This document shows, in pieces, positions 7,963 through 13,208 of a stretch of DNA of 21,637 bases. The position numbers and the translations under genes were made by a program. The first letter of the stretch is position 1, and each line of letters opens with the position of its first letter. Source of the stretch: a virus; the IMG/VR virus record IMGVR_UViG_3300037558_003019; one strand, written 5' to 3'. Under the pieces are notes generated by a model. The model was not told where the DNA came from. It saw nothing but the letters and a program-made list of their open reading frames with translations, and made no database searches.

Positions 7963-8173
7963 TATTGATGAATTTCGGGTCTATCTCTGGAAGAAATACA
8001 ATCCTGTGAAAGCTGCAGACATCATACGTGCGTATAAAACCCTCATGAGACACTTCAAAGAGCTCCCAAGCGAGGAAGAGATCGATCAGAAATTCAAAAC
8101 AATCGCCTTGAGAAACAGATACAAGAGAGTCTTGAAAGAGATCGAGGAATATTTGAGGAGCCCCGTAGTGTAG
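7952..8173 (+). CDS. Small helical protein resembling the tyrosine-integrase N-terminal SAM-like domain
   Basis: IDEFRVYL...IRAYKTL..HF...EEEI...RNRYKRVLK..EEYL pattern. No catalytic domain. The last 15 nt overlap tRNA-Gln. Confidence 0.45.
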   Translation: MQIDIDEFRVYLWKKYNPVKAADIIRAYKTLMRHFKELPSEEEIDQKFKTIALRNRYKRVLKEIEEYLRSPVV

Positions 8174-8353
8174 GCCGGTCAATCATTCTGGGCTTTGGGC
8201 ATCTACGGAGGGGATGTACCGTTGACCCTGTAACACAAATTGTTCCGGTACCCAACTGTGGTTTCGGGCGTATGCCCGTTGCCATAGCTGCCTCCTGTCC
8301 CCTCCGTGGATGGAGGAGACCCAGAAACCTCGGTTCGAATCCGGGCGGGGCTA
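8159..8353 (+). tRNA. trnQ: tRNA-Gln(UUG) with a 120-nt intron at 37/38
   Basis: Acceptor AGCCCCG/CGGGGCT (A1-U72, typical of archaeal tRNA-Gln), discriminator A, anticodon stem CTGGG/CCCAG, loop CT-TTG-G|A, T-arm CTCGG-TTCGAAT-CCGGG. No encoded CCA. Confidence 0.93.
8199..8318 (+). ncRNA. Bulge-helix-bulge tRNA intron, 120 nt, predicted three-way junction
   Basis: BHB: bulge GGG (8197-8199), 4-bp helix CUUU/GAGG, bulge AGA (8317-8319), 16-bp outer stem 8200-8215/8297-8312, and two internal hairpins. Confidence 0.88.
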
Positions 8354-8437
8354 TCCGATGCATCGGAGCGTGCCGTGGTGAGGCGGTCCCGAGGTATCGA
8401 TGAAGGAGGGTGGAGGTCGGGGCACGCCAATCCCTTA
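8354..8437 (+). ncRNA. Inter-tRNA structured RNA 1 (14-bp palindrome plus predicted kink-loop hairpin)
   Basis: TCCGATGCATCGGA palindrome 8354-8367; stems GCGTG/CACGC, CCGT/GCGG and TCCCGA/TCGGGG; K-turn-like C-GAT-GA ... G-GA-G. Confidence 0.55.
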
Positions 8438-8513
8438 GCCGGTGTAGCATAGTCTGGTTGAATGCGGGGGATTTGTAATCCCCAGATCGTCGGTTCAAAT
8501 CCGACCACCGGCT
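8438..8513 (+). tRNA. trnT: tRNA-Thr(UGU)
   Basis: Acceptor GCCGGTG/CACCGGC, discriminator T, D-stem GCAT/ATGC, anticodon stem GGGGA/TCCCC with loop TT-TGT-AA, T-arm GTCGG-TTCAAAT-CCGAC. No encoded CCA. Confidence 0.95.
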
Positions 8514-8585
8514 TTCGGGTGGTAAGTCCCGCTGAAACGATGACAGCTCCGTAAGAGTGGGGGAGGAGTAAGCGGGGTCACCCGA
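8514..8585 (+). ncRNA. Post-tRNA structured RNA 2 (predicted kink-turn hairpin)
   Basis: Stems TCGGGTGG/TCACCCGA and TCCCGCT/AGCGGGG; K-turn-like AC-GAT-GA-C / G-GA-GT; apical C-GTAA-G GNRA loop. Confidence 0.55.
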
Positions 8586-8588
8586 TTA

Positions 8589-8635
8589 AGCTGGGTGCAA
8601 TAAGACCTCTCTGCATAAGAACTCTGCACCCAGCT
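8589..8635. repeat. 11-bp perfect inverted repeat AGCTGGGTGCA/TGCACCCAGCT closing the RNA cluster
   Basis: Arms at 8589-8599 and 8625-8635, with a 25-nt loop containing two ATAAGA copies. Confidence 0.8.
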
Positions 8636-8668
8636 ATTTCAAAAATACTCGAGGAGGATTAAGAAAAA

Positions 8669-9286
8669 ATGAGAGTGGTCTGGATCCTAAAAAATGCGTT
8701 CGGGAAGCACATCATGAAAAAGCATGTTGATGCTATTTTAAAAACTCTCGAAGAACTCAAAGATGGGGATGAACTCATCATGAACTTTGATGGTGTCATC
8801 TCGGTTGATACGGTAGTTGCTCGTGAAATTGCGAGGTTCATGAGGATACACGAGGAGATTGATTTTGATATTATCAACGCAAAAGAAACAATTATGAATC
8901 TAATTGAAAAAGAGCTCGAAGTGAGTGAAAATCCGAGAGCTGAAGAGCTCTGCGGGAGACGTCCTTACGGTACAGCACTTTACGAGCCATGGGAACTCGG
9001 TTATGCATGTCCGATTTGTGGAGCAGACGAGCGACTTCATTGGAGTGAATACAACTTTTTCCTATGGTGTGAAAACTGCAATATCGATATTCCATCAGTT
9101 CTCTGCGTGAAATACGGGAGGCCAAGACTTGATGATGAGCCTCTGGATCCAGAAACGAGGGTAAAGATTCAAACTGAGATTTTTCTCGACTGCATTGAAG
9201 ATGTAAAAAAAACAGGTCCAGAGCAGTCAAAAGTTTCCAAAATAATCCTACAACCACCCGAGAAATCCGAGGAGTATGCTGTATAA
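8669..9286 (+). CDS. STAS-like N-terminal domain fused to a zinc-binding domain
   Basis: LIMNFDGVISVD resembles the 2869 STAS-like motif. The C-terminal half has CPIC...WCENC. GAGGAGG RBS. Confidence 0.6.
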   Translation: MRVVWILKNAFGKHIMKKHVDAILKTLEELKDGDELIMNFDGVISVDTVVAREIARFMRIHEEIDFDIINAKETIMNLIEKELEVSENPRAEELCGRRPYGTALYEPWELGYACPICGADERLHWSEYNFFLWCENCNIDIPSVLCVKYGRPRLDDEPLDPETRVKIQTEIFLDCIEDVKKTGPEQSKVSKIILQPPEKSEEYAV

Positions 9287-9387
9287 TGGGTCCACGATGC
9301 AATATTTTTCTGGATATTTATATAAGATTGACGAAAAGATAGGCGTGGAGAGCCAAAAATTTATAATTTTCCATCCAACCATTATTT

Positions 9388-9828
9388 ATGAAGTTCAATT
9401 CTTGTATTTTCGGGGAAATAGAGAGAATAGTTGGAGAGGATTACAGATATGAGCTCGAAAGAATAATCAATAAAGAGACTGAGAGAACATTCACAGAGCT
9501 CGAATGTACAGCGTCTAAATTAAAAATGAGTGAAAATGTTATGGAATTAGCAGATTACCTGAATTACGTCTCAGCTGTATATTCACTAACACAGAGAAAA
9601 ATTACTGATAAAATTTGGAAAAGATTCTGGGGAACTCTAATACGACATGGGATCAGAAAAATAGACTTATCCGAATATGTCGGGTTTTTTCTTAGAGGGA
9701 AGTTGAGAGATAAATTAAATGAAATTGTAGAAGAGGCTAAACAAACTGCCAGACACTTCGGAGTAGAGTCTATAACAGTCTCTATTGGTTTAACTGGGGT
9801 TACATTTTCATTTACTATCAAGATCTAA
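9388..9828 (+). CDS. AT-rich accessory hypothetical protein
   Basis: Has its own canonical promoter (CAAAAA-TTTATAAT, about 9354-9367). Codon usage is visibly different from the structural genes. Confidence 0.6.
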   Translation: MKFNSCIFGEIERIVGEDYRYELERIINKETERTFTELECTASKLKMSENVMELADYLNYVSAVYSLTQRKITDKIWKRFWGTLIRHGIRKIDLSEYVGFFLRGKLRDKLNEIVEEAKQTARHFGVESITVSIGLTGVTFSFTIKI

Positions 9829-9850
9829 CAGTTTTTGGTATTATGTAGGT

Positions 9851-9872
9851 ACTCAGAGACCTCGGTTCGAAT
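9851..9872 (+). repeat. Partial copy of the tRNA-Gln 3' half (20/22 identity to 8319-8340)
   Basis: ACTCAGAGACCTCGGTTCGAAT versus ACCCAGAAACCTCGGTTCGAAT. Confidence 0.8.
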
Positions 9873-9891
9873 ACACTTACTATTTAAAAAA

Positions 9892-10098
9892 TTAAATTGA
9901 TTTACGAGATGCAAGAGTTGCACCAATCCCTATAATAACCATGGTAATGAGGAAGATTGTCCAGAGATTAGATTTGAATTCAGGTGGAACTGTTACAGCT
10001 GCAGGGGAATTAAAAATCATTGCAAGTATAATCGCTGTAAATAGAATCAACAGAACTCCAGCGATAACCCCCGCAGGACTATCCCTCACAGCTCTCAC
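9892..10098 (-). CDS. Small two-TM membrane protein
   Basis: Two hydrophobic helices around a Pro-containing loop. A GGTGA RBS suggests the true start may be the GTG at 10089. Confidence 0.6.
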   Translation of the reverse strand: MRAVRDSPAGVIAGVLLILFTAIILAMIFNSPAAVTVPPEFKSNLWTIFLITMVIIGIGATLASRKSI

Positions 10099-10191
10099 CT
10101 ATAAATATCCATCTTTTAGCATGATAATAAATGTTCTGCTCTTTACACTGATTTTGGAATATTACACGGTGGGTGTGGAAATCAGAACGGT

Positions 10192-10207
10192 TTTTCGGCA
10201 TTATATA
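10192..10207 (+). promoter_or_regulatory. Putative late promoter, copy 2 (TTTTCGGCATTATATA)
   Basis: Ends 23 nt before the portal ATG. Confidence 0.75.
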
Positions 10208-10230
10208 TGAGGATAACGACATAATAATAC

Positions 10231-11616
10231 ATGTCAAGACCGTTAAAAGTTGAACAACTTGGGATAGGAGAAAGAGTTCAAGAACTCGCTGCTTCTGGAA
10301 AATCTCCTCATGAGATTGCTGCAATTCTGAAAGATGACGGATATGATGTCTCATCAAATGCGGTTTCTCGTTATCTTGCGAATGCTCGTTCTGAAGTCTT
10401 CGCAGCCATTTCAGGAGTTCCACGGAGCAGGATATTCTCAAACAAGAATTACGTGTGGTTCGGAGATAAACAGATTGATGTATCCAACCGTTATGCCTAC
10501 TTTGAGCAGCTCGAAAACATCGACTCTACTGTTTCGATGAGCATCCTCTCAACCGCCCTCTTACTTGCTAAGGGATTCGAAACATACATCGACAAACCAG
10601 AAGATGAGATCACAGCTGAAGACAGAAGAGTAAAAGAGGAAATTGATGAGTGGGCTGCAGAGCTGAACCTCGATGAGGCCATCGTACATATCGCTCAGCT
10701 CCTCCTGCGTGATGGAACGGTTCCAGTTTACAAGTTCATCGATCGTGGATCCATCGAGGCTCTCGAATTTCTCCCCATGAGGAGCGTGACTCTTCTTCCA
10801 GAGGGAGTTAAACCCGGAGATCGTCCTCCATTCGTTCTCAAGGGATCAATTGAAACAATCTGCGTGAATGAGAGCTCTCAGAACGACCTCATAAAATACG
10901 AGAGAGATGAGGTTGCTCTCTTCAGATTCATGTATCGTGGAAGATTCGAAGAAGACATCCTCGGGAGGATGACCTACGGGATCTACGGAAAACCAATTCT
11001 AAAAAGCGTTGAGCTCCTCATCAAAATGAAGTGGGATCTTCTGGATTCTTTTGCGAGAATGATGCGTCGCTATGGCTACGCTCGTCTGTTCATCAACTAC
11101 TATTCACTCGAGGACCTCCTGAAAGAGAAGAGATACAAGGAAGTATATGAGATCATCCAGAAAGCGGCTGAGGATCAAGCACAGCTTGAGGAAAATCAGG
11201 ACATCATCGGAACAGGATTTGACATCAAACCCCTTACTACTGAAACTTCTGTGGATGTCACTGAAATCGTTGATATGATCGACAAATACATCGCAATCGG
11301 TCTGCTTCAGACTGAGCCGGCTTCAGGAAGAACAAAGGGAAGCACATACGCTTCAGCATATGTTACTGAAGAAAGAAACCTCAGAATTCTACAATCGCTT
11401 CAGCGTCAGATACGCAGAACAATGGAAAAAGAGATTATAGGGCATCAGCTGAAGCTCATGGGTGTTGAAACTCCAATCAAAATCAGATTCGATCCTCTTG
11501 CAGAACCGGAGTATTCACTGAGAGATCTCTCAGAACTCTACGTGAACGGAATCATCACTCTGGAAGAAGTAAGAGTGAGAGCAGGTTTTCCTCCTGAGAT
11601 TCCAAAGCTGGGATAA
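10231..11616 (+). CDS. Portal protein with an N-terminal TerS-like HTH extension
   Basis: Portal motifs LLRDG, GIYGKPIL and GIITLEEVRVRAGFPP, in the position before MuF. Residues ~1-53 align with the TerS HTH. Confidence 0.88.
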   Translation: MSRPLKVEQLGIGERVQELAASGKSPHEIAAILKDDGYDVSSNAVSRYLANARSEVFAAISGVPRSRIFSNKNYVWFGDKQIDVSNRYAYFEQLENIDSTVSMSILSTALLLAKGFETYIDKPEDEITAEDRRVKEEIDEWAAELNLDEAIVHIAQLLLRDGTVPVYKFIDRGSIEALEFLPMRSVTLLPEGVKPGDRPPFVLKGSIETICVNESSQNDLIKYERDEVALFRFMYRGRFEEDILGRMTYGIYGKPILKSVELLIKMKWDLLDSFARMMRRYGYARLFINYYSLEDLLKEKRYKEVYEIIQKAAEDQAQLEENQDIIGTGFDIKPLTTETSVDVTEIVDMIDKYIAIGLLQTEPASGRTKGSTYASAYVTEERNLRILQSLQRQIRRTMEKEIIGHQLKLMGVETPIKIRFDPLAEPEYSLRDLSELYVNGIITLEEVRVRAGFPPEIPKLG

Positions 11617-11619
11617 GCG

Positions 11620-12993
11620 ATGGTGGATGAAAGAGCGGTGAGGATCAGGGAGATCAAAGCAATCCGCACAATCGAGGGTATTTTTGATGAGATAGTTGCA
11701 AGGATCCGCAGAGATTTTCCAGAGCACGAAAACATCTTTGATGTCGTTGAGTATCACTTCAGCGAGATTGATAGACCTCTCACATACCAGAAGATCTTCA
11801 AACTCATCAAAGAGATTTACACTCTCTCTTTTCAGCAAGCTCTCGAATATCTGAAGAGACGGGGGAAACTGAAAGCGGAGATCTCCGCAGCAGAGATTCC
11901 GAGTGATTATCCCATCCACACCCTCACAAGACGCACACTCGAACACATGTCTTACATTTCAGATGACATCAAACGAAAGCTCAAGGACTCGCTAACAGAT
12001 GGATATCTGAAAGGAGAGAGCATTGAAGAGCTCTCAAGACGAGTGCAGATAATATGGGAAGTTGAAAGACATAGAGCGACAAGACTCGCAAGGACAATCA
12101 CAAATGAGGTTTACAATCAGGGCCATCTCGAGGCTTACAGCTTCTCAGGAGTAGTGAAAAAAGTTGAATATATTGCTGCTCTCGATAAAAGAACATCTGA
12201 AATCTGCAGACGAATGCATGGATCAGTCTGGGAAATTTCGGATCCAAGCATCTTGAAACCTCCTCTGCATTTCAACTGTCGATCTCGTTTAGTTCCGTAT
12301 TTTGGGAGAAAGAAATCGGCAGCGAAGCTTCCAATAAAGTTGATGAAGCAAGTGGCAAGATTCAGAACAGAGTTTGCAGATGAGGGTAAGAAATTTGAGA
12401 GGATCCTCGGGAGAGAGGTGAAGAAAAGAGCAAAGAAAACGGTGAAGACATCTCTTAAAGATCTCAGCGAGAGGAACAGGGATAAGATCATCGCAGAGGA
12501 GTTATGGGAGAAGAGTGAGAGAACTAACAGAGAGTTTGCAGCAATTGTAACAGAGAGAGGGGAAATTTTCAGAATACGTGGAGGTAGAAGATCTGTAAAT
12601 ATATGGAATGTTGCTTCAAAACTTGAAGAAGCTGGAATAAAATACGAGGGTTATCATACACATCCCAATGATGTATGTGCACCAAGTTTTGAGGATATTT
12701 TCGCATTTCTCTTCAGAGAGAATCAGACTAAGACAAAAATAGTTACACGGAAAAAGATTTTCATAATTGAGAGAACGAAAGACACTCCTTTACTTGAAGA
12801 TCTCAACTGGATCGCAAATTTTTCAGCGATTAAAAAAGAATACGTTGATTTAGCGTTTAATTATGCTCGGGAACTTGAAAAATCAGGAATGGAACTACTC
12901 GAAGCACATGAAATTGGATACAGGAAAGCTTTAAAAGATCTTAACAAAAAATACAATTTGAATCTGAAATTCGAAGAGGTGTTAATAAAATGA
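11620..12993 (+). CDS. Head morphogenesis protein (SPP1 gp7/MuF) with a C-terminal JAB/JAMM metalloprotease domain
   Basis: MuF motifs RLARTI, DKRTSEIC and PPLHFNCRS. The C-terminal part has E(12532)...HTHPNDVCAPSFED = HxHx7Sx2D. Confidence 0.9.
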   Translation: MVDERAVRIREIKAIRTIEGIFDEIVARIRRDFPEHENIFDVVEYHFSEIDRPLTYQKIFKLIKEIYTLSFQQALEYLKRRGKLKAEISAAEIPSDYPIHTLTRRTLEHMSYISDDIKRKLKDSLTDGYLKGESIEELSRRVQIIWEVERHRATRLARTITNEVYNQGHLEAYSFSGVVKKVEYIAALDKRTSEICRRMHGSVWEISDPSILKPPLHFNCRSRLVPYFGRKKSAAKLPIKLMKQVARFRTEFADEGKKFERILGREVKKRAKKTVKTSLKDLSERNRDKIIAEELWEKSERTNREFAAIVTERGEIFRIRGGRRSVNIWNVASKLEEAGIKYEGYHTHPNDVCAPSFEDIFAFLFRENQTKTKIVTRKKIFIIERTKDTPLLEDLNWIANFSAIKKEYVDLAFNYARELEKSGMELLEAHEIGYRKALKDLNKKYNLNLKFEEVLIK

Positions 12994-13154
12994 GTGAAAT
13001 ACCATTTGAGGATGATACAGAGTTCTTTGAACAAATCGAAGCCTTAACTTTACGTTCTAAAATTGAGAATAAAGAGATCTCAATATCAAATCTTTCAAGC
13101 AATAAACTCAAACTCCTCAAAAAATACTTTCCAGAGCTTCTAAAATCCGAATAA
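12990..13154 (+). CDS. 54-aa ORF coupled to MuF-JAB (candidate immunity/partner protein)
   Basis: Absent from the ORF track. ATG overlaps the MuF stop (ATGA). Translates as MSEIPFEDDTEFFEQIEALTLRSKIENKEISISNLSSNKLKLLKKYFPELLKSE. Confidence 0.6.
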   Translation: MSEIPFEDDTEFFEQIEALTLRSKIENKEISISNLSSNKLKLLKKYFPELLKSE

Positions 13155-13167
13155 TTCGAATTACTCT

Positions 13168-13183
13168 TTTTCGGTATTAAATA
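13168..13183 (+). promoter_or_regulatory. Putative late promoter, copy 3 (TTTTCGGTATTAAATA)
   Basis: Ends 25 nt before the protease ATG. Preceded by the TAATTCGAATTA palindrome (13152-13163). Confidence 0.75.
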
Positions 13184-13208
13184 ATAGAAGAAAACACATA
13201 TATTCTTA

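Noticed and set aside
8199-8318. Box C/D guide RNA or homing-endonuclease ORF in the intron
   Set aside because: No RUGAUGA or CUGA boxes, and it is too short for an ORF.
8159-8353. Reading the first tRNA as tRNA-Pro(UGG)
   Set aside because: The stem CTGGG/CCCAG places TTG at 34-36, and A1-U72 with A73 fits archaeal Gln.
8368-8429. Degenerate third tRNA (GCGTGCC/GGCACGC followed by CA)
   Set aside because: No T-loop or anticodon arm. The alternative fold shared with RNA2 explains the sequence better.
8094-8508. Minus-strand ORFs 8094-8498 and 8203-8508
   Set aside because: They overlap the tRNA cluster, and GC-rich RNA genes lack stop codons by chance.
8438-8513. Reading the second tRNA as tRNA-Tyr(GUA)
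   Set aside because: The 7-nt loop TTTGTAA centres on TGT, and the U73 discriminator fits archaeal Thr.
8515-8585. Hammerhead ribozyme (GAAAC...GUA is present)
   Set aside because: The CUGANGA core and stem II are missing. Twister, pistol and HDV-like/theta topologies also could not be built by hand. An Infernal search is still advisable.
8354-8635. TIGR-type guide array
   Set aside because: Only two K-turn units, no regular ~36-nt repeat period, and no Nop-domain protein recognised in the window.
7952-9891. SSV1-type split integrase (intN/intC) around an att pair
   Set aside because: The SAM-like ORF stops before the repeated segment, and no catalytic intC frame follows 9872.
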